A stretch of 64,000 nucleotides of DNA, taken from assembly GCF_009914755.1 (NCBI RefSeq), contig NC_060929.1. The stretch is one strand, 5' to 3'. The DNA is from the human T2T-CHM13v2.0 reference genome, Homo sapiens. Shown here one piece after another: positions 26,149 to 51,868 of this stretch. The notes beneath the pieces were generated by a model. That model was not told the origin of the DNA. It did no database searches and worked only from the letters and a program-made list of their open reading frames with translations. A program made the translations under genes and the position numbers. How positions within the stretch are numbered: position 1 is the stretch's first letter; each line of letters begins with the position of its first letter.

Positions 26149-26184
26149 CTAAAGCACACGCTTCACACCTGCTGAGGCAATCAT
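26149..26184 (-). other. Candidate uORF in LARS1 5'UTR (MIASAGVKRVL*)
   Basis: ATG ATT GCC TCA GCA GGT GTG AAG CGT GTG CTT TAG read directly; depends on a TSS upstream of 26184. Confidence 0.45.
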
Positions 26185-26618
26185 CCGGCTCCTTACTAAC
26201 TACAGCCAAGGCATCTCACAGCCCGCCGGGAATTGTAGTTCCCAGACCACCCGAGCAGACACCCATCAGGCGCTAACTGACTACAATTCCCAGAGAAAAA
26301 CGGGTTATCGGAAGTCTACCCGATAGGCCCACTCGGAGGGGAACCGGCAGTGACGTCACTGGCATGTTGAACTACAAAGTCCATGATGCAGTGCGGGATC
26401 GCAGAATGCCGCGAGTGCGCCCTGGTTAGGTTGGAGTCCCTTGGCCATCAACCTTTTCACCCGGTAGAGCTGGTTGCCTGTCGGGATGCCAGGATACGCA
26501 GTTAATTACTATACGGTGACTGAGGTGCTACTTATGGCTTGCCACTATACACAGATATTTTTTACTGTCAGTGGCATTCAACAGCCCAGCATTTAGACAT
26601 TGTATAACCGCGTATTGA

Positions 26619-31783
<5,165 letters not shown>

Positions 31784-32473
31784 CCTATTAGTATTTTATA
31801 AAAATCATTCTGAGGAAGAATTGGAAAAGAGCGAAAGTAGAAACAGAAGGGTATTGCAATTGTCCTGGTGAAAGGTGATGGGGTCTTGGACTATGGTGGT
31901 GACCGTAAAGATAGAGAAATGTAGACAGATTCAAGAGATACTTAGAAAATATATGTGTTACAGCTTAGTAATATGGCTTCTTAATTGGGAATTGTCAATT
32001 ATTTGCTAGCCTATGTAAAATACCCTCTATACAAAAGAATTTAGAAAGGTGTCATAGTGGATAAGAACTTAGGCTGTGATTCAGACAGAGATCATCATTT
32101 ACTAGCCGGGTGACCTCAGACAATTCAGCTAACCACTCTGTGAAATAGGGATAATAATGTGTAACTCATAGGATTGCTATGAGGATTAAAGAAATAATAT
32201 GTGTATAAACTCTGTTTATGTATGTGTGTATGTCTGGCATATAGTAAGCATTTTAAAATGTCAGCTATTTTTAATATTGATCTATAAACATTAGTCTGAT
32301 TAAAATGGAAAAAGCTTACGTGTGCCCCATAATAATCTCTTCCCTGGCTTAACTGAGCTAGTTATCACAATGTAATTGTGTGTTATACCTTTTACAACTT
32401 TCAAACCTTATCGCATTCATTCTTCAAAACCTCACAACAAAACTCAATTCCTCCCTGATTTATTTATTTTTAA

Positions 32474-32593
<120 letters not shown>

Positions 32594-32793
32594 TGAGTAG
32601 CTGGGATTACAGGGGCGTGCCATTATGCCTGGCTAATTTTTGCATTTTTAGTAGAGACAGGGTTTTACCATATTGGTCAGGCTGCTCTTGAACTACTAAC
32701 CTCAGGTGATCCACCTGCCTTGGCCTTCCAAAGTGCTGGGATTATAGGCATGAGCCACCATGCCCAGCCTCCCCCGATTGATTGATTGATTGA

Positions 32794-32966
<173 letters not shown>

Positions 32967-33493
32967 TAGTAGAGACAGGGTTTCTCCAGGTTGGTCAGGC
33001 TGGTCTTAAACTCCCGACTTCAGGTGATCCACCGGCCTCGGCCTCCCAAAGTGGTGGGATTACAGGCGTGAGCCACCGCGCCTGACCCCCCGATTTATTT
33101 TTAAACCCATCCCACTGGTCACTCTGCTCAATTTGGTAATTTGTTAGCATTTCTAAATTTAGATCCCTAAGGCTATAATTAGTTTTAGCTTGTCTGTGAG
33201 TCCTTTTGTATTTGTTTTTCGTGCATACTTACCTAGCTTCCCTACCTTCAGATGACAAAGTTCTTTCTCTGAGGAAAAAATTGTGGGAACTTCTTTATAT
33301 GCTTCTGCTCCTAAGGCGTGTGGCATTCAATGAATAGCGTTATTTCCCTACCCTTTTAGGGACTTTTTGTTTTTCAATGTTTTTTTCTTCTACATCTGTG
33401 TTCTGCCTTTACCTGAATGCTTCCTGAATGGCAAACAGATTTCTTTTTTAATTGACACAAGCGAAGAGTAGAAGAATAAAGAGAAGAAGGTAG

Positions 33494-33741
<248 letters not shown>

Positions 33742-34149
33742 TGATCTGTCCACCTCGGCCTTCCAAAGTGCTGGGATTACAGGCGTGAGCCACCGCGCCC
33801 GGCTCGAAGGTAGGATTTTTTAGGACTTACAGGTTTAGCTGATGCTGGGGTCGCTGTGCATGCAACTTCAGACAAAGCTAATGGGTCAGCAGAGGTAGGC
33901 AGGGTCAGGGTGGTGGTTGCATTCACGGGCTTTGGAGTCAGGTGCCTGGGTTTGCGTTGATGCTGTGTCCCAGGCTAGCTCTATGGCTTTAAGCAAGTTC
34001 TTTCAACCCTCGGACCTCTGGGTTATCATGGGACCCACGAGATAATGATAATACCTACCTCTTAGGCTTGCTATGAGAATAAAAGGAGCTAAGCCAAGAT
34101 GATTAGCCCAGTGCCTAGAATGTGGTAAGTGTTCAGGAAATATTAAGCT

Positions 34150-34292
34150 GGAAGGAAGGAAGGAAGGAAGGAAGGAAGGAAGGAAGGAAGGAAGGAAGGA
34201 AGGAAGGAAGGAAGGGAGGGAGGGAGGGAGGGAAGGAGGGAGGGAGGGAAAGGAGAAAGGGAGGGAGGAAGAGAGGGAGGGAAGAAGGGAAA
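34150..34292 (+). repeat. (GGAA)16 followed by (GGGA)n purine tract
   Basis: 34150-34213 is 64 nt of uninterrupted GGAA. Confidence 0.97.
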
Positions 34293-34755
34293 GGTTAAAA
34301 CTACTGGAATCCAGTTTGGTCAGTTAATTAATGAAAATTCTAAATCTGATTGACATGAGCTAGGAACAAGAACAAGTAGCCATGATAATTAGAGAAACTG
34401 CCTTTTTATTTAGATAAATGTAACCAAATTAAAGAAGTTGTACTTCTCTGGTGCCAAATTTTTGAGAAATCCCTGTTTTCTAGATTTCTTCTAAAGTGGT
34501 ATATTCGTAACTCCCAGAAATTAAAAATCACTAACTCATGCTATACTACTCCAGACTTAGAACCCACAAGATTCAGCCTGCCATCTCATCAACATTCCAC
34601 AGAGGATGAAAGGCTGTGTCATGGGCTCATATGGGAAAGGTGACACCTGAATCATCAAAACACGGCTTGTGGTTTCTAAATAGCCAACCTACCCACCACT
34701 ACTGTTAATGTCTCCACCATTAGCATCACCATTATGGAGCAGTCTAAAGGCTCTA

Positions 34756-35190
<435 letters not shown>

Positions 35191-35787
35191 TCATATATTA
35201 TTGAGATTCCAACCTCACTGAGTTTTTTTAGAATTTATTTTTGTGCATTTCCAAAGTTTAAGATTCCTGCCTCTATTGTATCAATAAGATTAGACTGGTG
35301 TAAACTATATGAACTGGAGAAACAACCACGGTCATACCCTTTTTTTTCCTAGTAATTGGTCAGATCCCTAATATCTTATTAGCCAGAAGTCTAGTATCTT
35401 CCTCTACATCCTATTCCATATAGAGTCTGAGACTGTGAATTCTGGAGTGGGATTGCCTGACTTTGAATCATGAACCCCACCCCCATCCATAACTTGTCGT
35501 GTGACCTTGACCTGTCTGCACCTGTAGCATGGTGATAATCATGGTACTCATCTAGTAATCATCTCTAGTAAATAGATGATTATATTAGATTATCCATTAA
35601 ATATTTATTAACCATCTTTTTTTTTTTTTTGAGACAGGGTCTCACTCTGTCACCTAGGATGGTATGCAGTGGGATGATCATGGCTCACTGCAGTCCTGAC
35701 CTCCCAGCCTCAAGCAATTCTCCCACTTTAGCCTCCCAAGTAGCTAGGACTACAGGTGCACACTACAATGCCCAGCTTGTTTTTTAA

Positions 35788-36338
<551 letters not shown>

Positions 36339-37615
36339 CTAGATGGGGTGGGGCAGAGAGAGCACAAATAAATGAAAAAAACATTTTATATAGTGAGATA
36401 TGCTATAAAGAAGATAAACCAGGATGATGCAATAGAGAGTAACTAGGGGAGGGAAGTGAGGTGATGGTTTAGGTTGGATGGTCAAGGCCATCCCGAAGAG
36501 GTGATACTTGAGTTGAGAAAAAAAAGTCAGCCACACAAAGATGTATGTAAAAGAGTTCCAGGCAGGAGTACTAGCAAGTGCAAAGGCATGAAGTGGGAAA
36601 GAGCCTAATTTTTTTGTTTGTTTTTGTTTTTTTGAGGCCGGGTCTCACTCTGCTACCCAGGCTGGGGTGCAATGGTGTAGTCATGGCTCACTGTAGCCTC
36701 GATTTCCTGGTCTCAAGCAATCCTCTTGCCTCAGCCTCCTAAGTGAGCTTAAAATGTTTGAGAAACCAAATATACTTTTCTCCTCATACCTCTCTTTTCA
36801 AACATCCAGCCTCCGCTTCTCACATTCTACTGGATAGCTTCTTCATTCACTGACAGCATAGAAGAAATCAATATACAACTTTCATGACTTCCTTTTACTA
36901 CAGCTACTATCACACCTCTATCCACTAATATGTGCTCTTTTTGTCACTTACAGTGAACAACAATTAGGGCTCCTATTAAGACCTATGCTCCATTGGTACA
37001 TTAGACCCCATTGTCTTTTGCCCATTAAGAGCTTTTATTCCTCTAGTTTCTTATCTCACCTCTTGCATCATCAGATTTTTTCTCTCTAGATCATACTTGT
37101 CTGCATTCACACATATCTTCTAACCTAATGCAAGCAGACAAGCAAGCAAAACCAAACTGAACAAAATGCCAACAAACCCTATCCTTTGCCCTATCCCACA
37201 ATACCCTTCCAGTACCGTCCAGTACCTTCATTGCTCTACTCCCCTTTACAGTAAAGCTGTTTAGGAGAACTACCATGCTTTCTCTAATTTGTCTTCTCCA
37301 TTTTTCTCCTCAACCTTTAATTATATTTTATTTGTTTATTTTATTTATTTAAATCTTTTTGAGACAAGGTCTTATTCTGTAGCTTAGGCTGGAGTGCAGT
37401 GGCTACATCACTGCAGCCTCAAACTCCTGGGCTCAAGTGATCCTCCCACCTCAGCCTCCCAAGTAGCTGGGACTACAGGAGTGCACCATCTGGCTAATTT
37501 TGTTGTTTTTTGTATAGATGAGGGTCTCAATATGCTGCCCAGGCTGGTCTCAAACTCATCAACTCAAGCAATCCTCCTGCCTCGGCCTCCCAAAATGCTA
37601 GGATTACAGGTGTGA

Positions 37616-37932
<317 letters not shown>

Positions 37933-38354
37933 TGAGCCACCGCACCCAGCCTTCCTCAACCTTTTATCTGCTGTACTCCATGGAATTGTCCAGATCATCA
38001 GTGACCTCCATGCTGTCAAATCCGATGGCCAATTCTCTGTTCTCATCTTACTTGACCTATGAACTACATTTGACGTATTTGAAAACTCCTTTCTTGAAAC
38101 ATATTTCTTCTCTTGTCTATTATTTCCTGATTTATTGGCCATACCTCTTCAATTTACTTAATATTCCTCACCTTTTCTCTACTGGCCCTTCCTTTCTAGA
38201 TGTACTCATATGCTAAGTGATCTTATCCAGGCTAATGGCTTTAAACACAATTTACATGCTGATGAGTCCCCAATTTTAACTACAGGCCCAACCCCTCTCA
38301 TCAACTTCAGACTTAAGATCCAACTGCCTACTTGACATCTCCACTTGAATTTTT

Positions 38355-39267
<913 letters not shown>

Positions 39268-39695
39268 ATGTCTAAAAGCCATTTTGTACTTCTCATGTTC
39301 AAAACTGAATTCTGGATCTACCAGCTGTTTTCTGAATCTGTTCATCCCTCATTTTTCCCAATTTCAAGCCAGTGCTCAGACCATACACTTTGGTGTCATT
39401 CTTGATTCCTCTTTGTCTTTCATATCCACAATCTATCAGCCAAACTTGTTGACTCCACTCTCAAAATATACCCAAAATCCAACTTCTCACTATAAGTCTA
39501 GTCCACACCATCATCATTGCTTGCTTGAATTAATGTTGTAGCCTCCTAACTAGTTTTCGTACCTCCTCTTTTGCCCCCTTCAGTCTGATACCCATAAAGG
39601 AGCCACAGTGATCCCATAAAAAAAAAAAACAGCGGATGAGATTATTTCATTACTCTATTTAAAACCTTCAGTATCTGGCCAGGCATGGTGGCTCA

Positions 39696-39952
<257 letters not shown>

Positions 39953-41362
39953 TCAAAAAACAAAAAAACAAAAAACAAAAAACAAAACCCTTCTTCTAAT
40001 CTCAGAAGTAATTTTTTGTTGTTGTTGAGACAAGATCTTGCTCTATCACCCAGGCTAGGCATGGTGCAATCACAACTCACAGCAGCCTTGACTTCCCAGT
40101 CTGGAGTGATCCTTCTATTTCAGCCTCCTGAGTAGCTGGGACCACAGGCACGCACCACCATGCCTGGTTAGTTTTTTCATTTTTTGTAGAGATGGGGTCT
40201 TGCTATGTTGCCCAGGCTGGTCTCAAACTCCTGGACTCCAGTGATTCTTCTGCCTTGGCCTCCTAAAATACTGGGATTACAGATGTGAGCCGCCGCACCT
40301 GGCATAGAAGTAAAATCTAAAGTCCTTACCGTTACATGGTCCTTCATGATCTGGCATCTAACTACCTCTTTCACTCATGTACCATCAGTTTCTTCCTGGT
40401 TCATTCTGCTCCAGCCCCATTGCCTCCTTCCTTTCCTCAAATGTGCCAAGTCAGCTCCTGCCTCAGGGTCTTTGCACTTCCCTGGAAAGCCTCTATCCCA
40501 GATATCTACACGGCTAACACCCACACTACCTTCAAGCCACTGCTCAGTCTTTTTACCTTCCCCGTCACTCTCTATCTCCTCATTTTGCCTTATTTTCCTT
40601 TTTAGAATGTATCCCACCTGACATATTATATTGTTATTTGTCATTATTATCTTGCTACTGAAATAGATCTCCAACAGAATGCCTATTTTCTTCATTGCTG
40701 TATCCCCAGGGCCTATAATAGTGTTCTACTTATGATAGATTTCAATCAATATTGCTTGAAGGTAAGGAAGGCTGAATGCAGGAACTGAAAGAGGCTAATT
40801 CATGTAAAGTTGCATGGCAGAGTGCCTGGCACACATGAGTATGAGTTATTTTTATTTGATATGTCTAAATCACAAGGGGCTTATTTAATCCAAAGAAGAG
40901 TGGACGGTTTTAAACATCAGAGTGGACTCTTCTAACATCAGAAGGATAACCAGATGGAATGGGAGTCTTGTCAGTCCACTACTGCTGTTTTGTATTCCCT
41001 GCTCCCCCCTGCCCAAGAAAACCCAACAGTCACTGCTGACATGGAGCTTTCCACATTTCTCCTGGATGCTTATATAATCTGCAAGGACGTCAGATCTGGG
41101 TCCCCACACAGGTCCAGTGGGAACACATAAAGATCTTGGGGAATTGGGGCAAGGACTATTTCCAGTAACCACACACCTAAAGATGCCATTCTCAACCTTT
41201 TCTCCCTGGTGACACTGCTCTTAACATGTGAAGCAATATTTTTGTCTTTTTTAAGAGACGGGGTCTGGCTCTGTCACTCAGGCTGAAGTGCAGTGGCACG
41301 ATGTCAGCTCACAGCATCCACTACCTCCCGCCTTAAGTGATGCTTTCACCTCAGCCTCCTGA

Positions 41363-41563
<201 letters not shown>

Positions 41564-41753
41564 TGAGGCAGGTTCTTTCTCTGTCACCCAAGTGGCACAA
41601 ACATGGCTCACTGCAGCCTTGACCTCCTGGGCTCAAGGAATTCTCCTGCCTCATTTTTTGTAGAGACAGGGTCTCACCATGTTGCCTAGGCTGGTCTTGA
41701 ACTCCTGGGTGATGTTCCTACTCAGCCACCCAAATTGCTTGGATTATGGATGA

Positions 41754-42002
<249 letters not shown>

Positions 42003-42376
42003 TGATCTGCCTGCCTCAGCCTTGCAAAGTGCTGGGATTACAGACATGAGCCACCGTGCCCAGCCTTGAAGCAACTTTTTAAAAAATTGAGATACTTCTA
42101 GAGTCATATGCAGTTGTAAGATATAATGCAGAAAGAACCCTCACACACTCTTCCCAGTTTCCTCCAATGGCAGCATTTATTTTTTTGACACAAAGTCTTG
42201 CTTTGTTGCCCAGGCTGGTCTCAAACTTCTGGACTCAAGCAATCCTCCTACCTCAGCTTCCTGAGTAGCTGAGATCACAGGCACCTGCCATCACACCCAG
42301 TCAATGGTAACTTTTGGCAAAACTGTAGTATAATTTCAAGACCAGAATATTGACATCGATACATGTTTTGTGTTCA

Positions 42377-42378
<2 letters not shown>

Positions 42379-42414
<36 letters not shown>
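42379..42414. repeat. (TG)n microsatellite
   Basis: Directly visible, about 18 units. Confidence 0.97.
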
Positions 42415-42416
<2 letters not shown>

Positions 42417-42449
42417 TGCATATAGGCCTTTAGAAGACACACACACACA

Positions 42450-44050
<1,601 letters not shown>

Positions 44051-44854
44051 TGTGCATATGTAAGTTTGGTTCTATTTTTCTTTTTTTACCCAGCCATCAA
44101 CTTGACTTTATAGGTAAGTTTAGTTCTATTCAGTTTACCACCCTGTAGTTCCTGTATCCACCATCACAGTCAAAAATCAAAACAGTTCCAACACCAAAAG
44201 TGTCCCTCATGTTGTACTTTTATAACCACACCCACTCTCCCTTGGTTGGGAAGGGGTCTCAGTTGTCTCAGTTCCTCTCAACGTGGGCCTCTCCACAGGG
44301 CTGCTAGAATGTCTTGAAACATGATGACTAGCTTTCCCCTGAACAAGAGATCCAAGGTGGGAGCTAGGGTTTTTTTTTGTTTGTTTGTTGTTGTTGTTTT
44401 TGTTGTTGTTCTTGTTGTTGTTTTTTGGCAGAGTCTCACTCTGTCACCCAGGCTGGAGTGCAGTGGCTTGATCTCAGTTTACTGCAACCTCTGCTTCGCA
44501 GGTTAAAGCAATTCTCGTGCCTCAGTCTCTCAAGTAGCTGAGATTACAGGCATGTGCCACCACACCCAGCTAACTTCTGTAGCTGTTCGAAGTGAAGGGA
44601 AAATGTGGATAAACTTTAAAAAAGGAGGAGGAAGAGGAGAGAGAAAAGAAGAGGCAAGAGTTGCAAGTGAGAAAGCTCTTGGCTTGCTGTCAGAACCTCT
44701 GGATGCTACTTCTACTCCATAGAGGTGTAATTCTGGGTAAACCACTTGCCTCTCTGGACCTTTTCTTTCATTTGCAAAGTTATGAGGAGGGGGTTAGTGA
44801 GGGAGGTTCATTACATTATTTTTAAGTGCACCTCTGCTTTTACTACTTTATGTA

Positions 44855-46093
<1,239 letters not shown>

Positions 46094-47251
46094 TTCTATG
46101 TATATATAGGATGTCTGTTTATTTGAGGTTGATCCATTTCTTTTATATGAGGTGCGTGCTCATTAGGTATTTTTCAAAATGTTATTACAATGCATAACCC
46201 CATAAACTGTTCATCATCTTAAGAGGAGAAGCTCTGTTTTGCTCAGCATTGGACTCCTAGTGCCTTACTCAGTGCTGGCAATTGCAGGGACTCAGTATAT
46301 GTTATTGGGTAAACATTTTAACATCAGTGCTAAATCAGTGATTTCAAAACTCCAGAAAGAATTTCTCACCTACTAGAAAGTAAGTTGACTATTTCAGTAG
46401 TTTCTAATTTGTCTTAAAAATTTTTTTGTAATCCTTCTTTGCTGATTAAAATTCTCCCTTCCCGTCCCCCAACCACTGAATTTTAGATATACAATGAAAA
46501 GATAATTAAAAACAAACTATTGGAGTCATTTTTCTTCCTAAATAAAGCAACATTTATTAATAGTACTACCAAAATTGAAATGGCCTCAGCCTTTTACATC
46601 CGTGCGCCACGTTTTAAAAATGACGATTACTGGATTCCAAGGCATGGTTGTCAGAAACATTCTGCGTAATTAAAGCAGAGCAGCAGAAAATACAAACGTG
46701 AGTGCCAATCAACATGAGTGTGTAAAGAAAAAAAGTAAAATTTTGCATTCTGTGCAATGTGTCGAACGTGAACGTATTGCACGTTGTGTTGCAGATTTAC
46801 TACAGCTGAGTCATTTCGGGACACGAGTGTGTGTTTCCAAGAAAAACAAGAGGAAGGAACCAGGCTGAGGGGCTCGCCGGGTTCCCCCAGGCACTCCCAG
46901 CAGCAGACACCGGTATTCCGCGGCGGGCGGCGGCGTGGTCAAAAAAAGGCGCCGCTGCCCCTTTAAGAGGCAAAGCACCTTTTCCAAGATACCATCTTGC
47001 ACCAGGAGTTCACTTAAGCTCTCCACCTACCTTGCTATATCTCTCCTCCCTGACTGGGTACGGCCTGCCGGCGGGGCGAGCGAGCCTTTTCATTGGTCTT
47101 GCCCTCAGGGCCCCCTCTCTCTTACTGGTTCTCAGGCCTGCCACTCGGCACTGTCTCCCGCCCACCTCAGCCTTCGGGCTAGGTTGAGTGAGGGCTCTTG
47201 GGTTAGTTCCTGTTAGGCCCCGGCCGGGGGAGTAGGTTGAAGTCTCCTAAG

Positions 47252-47284
47252 ATGCCCGGTGGGCTGGGGCACCGGGAGCTGTGA
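47252..47284 (+). other. Candidate uORF in RBM27 5'UTR (MPGGLGHREL*)
   Basis: aagATGCCC...CTGTGA, A at -3; ends 81 nt before the main ATG. Confidence 0.5.
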
Positions 47285-47365
47285 AGGGAACGTGAGGGGG
47301 CGGCGTAGTGGAGACCCACGGCAGGCCTGAAGAAGAGCGGCGGCCGAGCCCGCCTTCCCTGCACC

Positions 47366-47424
47366 ATGCTCATAGAGGATGTGGATGCCCTCAAGTCCTG
47401 GCTGGCCAAGTTACTGGAGCCGAT
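47366..47424 (+). CDS. RBM27: RBM27 coding exon 1 (MLIEDVDALKSWLAKLLEPI), 59 nt
   Basis: gcaccATG Kozak, AT|gtgagt donor; N-terminus recognised as RBM27, known to lie head-to-head with LARS1. Confidence 0.95.
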
Positions 47425-47657
47425 GTGAGTGAGCCGGGCTGGGCCGGGGCCGGCGAACGTGGGCGTTGGGGGCTCGCGGGGGCGTGGGGGAGGGGAGGTG
47501 GCGTGGGGGGCGGCGCTGAGGGGCCGCGGCCGGGAGGTCCCGGCGACGCCTTCCCTGTAGTACTATCACCATTGTGGTGGGGGTGAGGGTGGGAGAGGAG
47601 CGCTGGGGACGGAGAGGCGCCGTGAATATGGGGACTGGGGGGGCAGGCAAGGACAGC

Positions 47658-48860
<1,203 letters not shown>

Positions 48861-50769
48861 TAGTTACTGGAAGGGAAAGAATCATGTTTTGCCTCCTCCT
48901 TGCTTCTGCTTTATTATTCTCTTATTGAAGGTTAGAGCTTTCTGCTTGAAAGAAAGGGGTAGAAGAAGAGATGGGCAGGCTTTGATTCATTAGGTCAGAT
49001 TGCATTAGTGGAAAATTTGAGTGTTTTTCGGAGGTGAAAATAGGGAGTAGTTTGGGAGGTGTGGAGGCATGGTAAAGGAACTTCTGGGGGACAGTGTCAA
49101 GCTACTTCCCTGTTGATCTCTTTCAGTGAAAATGACTGAACACACTTGAAGGTTTTGTAGAAGAATATAGGTCTCTTGAATAGGGGTTTTTTTAACTCCT
49201 ACAATAAAGTTTTGGGCACAAAGATGGAAATGGTTTGTGGTGAAGGTGGGAAATAAGATGGATGTAATGAAATTGACCATATATGGGAAAAGGTTGAAAA
49301 AAGAAAAATATCTGTATGTTTAAAGTATTCTTCATGTGGCTGGGCACGGTGGTTCACGCCTGTAATCCCGACACTTTGGGGGGCCTAGGCGGGCGGATCA
49401 TGAGGTCAGGAGTTCAAGACCAGCCTGGCCAATATGGTGAAACCCCGTCTCTACTGAAAGTATAAAAATTAACCGGCTGTGGTGGGGCGTGCTTGTAGTC
49501 CCAACTACTCGGGAGGCTGAGGCAGAAGAATCGCTTGAATCCCAGGAAGTGTAGGTTTCAGTGAGCCTAGATCAGGCCACTGCTCTCCAGCCTGGGCAAC
49601 AGAGCCAGACTCCGTCTCAACAAAATAAAAATAAAAAAAGTGTTATTCATGTTATTTAAGATTAAAAAAGAAAAAATACATCTCTTTATTTTGTATTTCT
49701 GCTGCTCTGATGCCTTTAGAAAAAACAACCTACTTTCCAGACAAGTTTAGTTTTGTTGGTAGCTATCCTTTTAAGAAGAATTAAACATACATTTTATGTC
49801 TTGGATAGAAGGTAACAACTTTTAGCCTTATAGTTACTTGCTTTTTCTTTTTTTTAAAGCTCCCTAAGATGTTTTACTCTGAGTAGTGCTTTTCGTTTTT
49901 TGGTTTTTTTTTTTTCCCCTTAATGTTGAAGGTTAGTCTGGGTGGGAGCTTCTTCTTGCTTAGGCTTTTTTTTTTTTCCTTCTTTTTTTTAAAGCTACTT
50001 AGACTCATAAGTATGATCATTCTGTAATTTTCATGAGTAAAAATTATCTTTCAAAATGATTACTTGAGTTTAGTTTCTCCTTTTGAGTTATATATTCAAC
50101 TTAAAGTTCACATGCTTATTTTTTTTAATTTTGTTGCTCATTTAGGGTAAAAAAAAAAGGCTAAAATACTTTATTTGTTTGTTTATTTATTTATTGAGAT
50201 GGAGTTTCGCTCTTGTTGTCCAGGCTGGAATGTGGTGGTGCAATCTCAGGTCACTGAAACCTCTGCCTCCTGGGTTCAAGCGATTCTCCTGCCCCAGCAT
50301 CACGAGTAGCTGGGATTACAGGCACTTGCCACCATGCCCGGCTAATTTTTTGTATTTTTAGTAGAGACGGGGGTGTCACTGTGTTGGCCAGGTTGGTCTC
50401 CAGTTCTTGACCTCAGGTGATCCACCCACCTCGGCCTCCCAAAGTGCTGGGATTACAGGCATAAGCCTTTGTGCCTGGTCTAGAATACTTATTTTTAACT
50501 CACCTAAGTAACAGTTTTGAATGGAGATATTAATAATAAAAAAGTAAATGCAGATACCACATATATTTTTATTCTTAGTATGTCATCATGGGAGATTATT
50601 TTTTGTTTGTTTAGATATCCTAAAATGTAATAAATGATATGCTAAAGTGGGTTGTGTTTGTAAATTTACTTTTTTGCATATTCCAGATTCAAGAAAATTT
50701 TCATGGCAGATTGGCATGTTGCTACAACATAGCATTTCAGAGCAGTTGCTAGGCTTTGAGATAGTATAG

Positions 50770-51048
<279 letters not shown>

Positions 51049-51163
51049 TGATCCACCTGCTTGGCCTTCCAAAGTGCTGGGATTACAGGCGTGAGCCACC
51101 GCGCCCAGCCTGTGTGCACATGATTTTCTATTACATTTTCTTATTTAGCTTAGTTTACAGTAA

Positions 51164-51523
<360 letters not shown>

Positions 51524-51526
51524 TGA

Positions 51527-51868
<342 letters not shown>

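Larger units (their letters stand above)
25840..26530 (-). promoter_or_regulatory. LARS1: LARS1 CpG-rich promoter/5'UTR with ZNF143/THAP11-type ACTACAATTCCC motifs, CRE palindrome and ETS site
   Basis: GGGAATTGTAGT 26228-26239, ACTACAATTCCCAG 26280-26293, degenerate copy ~26370-26390; TGACGTCA 26351-26358; CGGAAGT 26309-26315; high CpG density in non-repeat DNA. Confidence 0.85.

Noticed and set aside
46784-47650. Several 60-118 aa ORFs over the RBM27 CpG island
   Set aside because: Expected from GC-rich stop-poor DNA; only 47366-47424 splices in frame to exon 2
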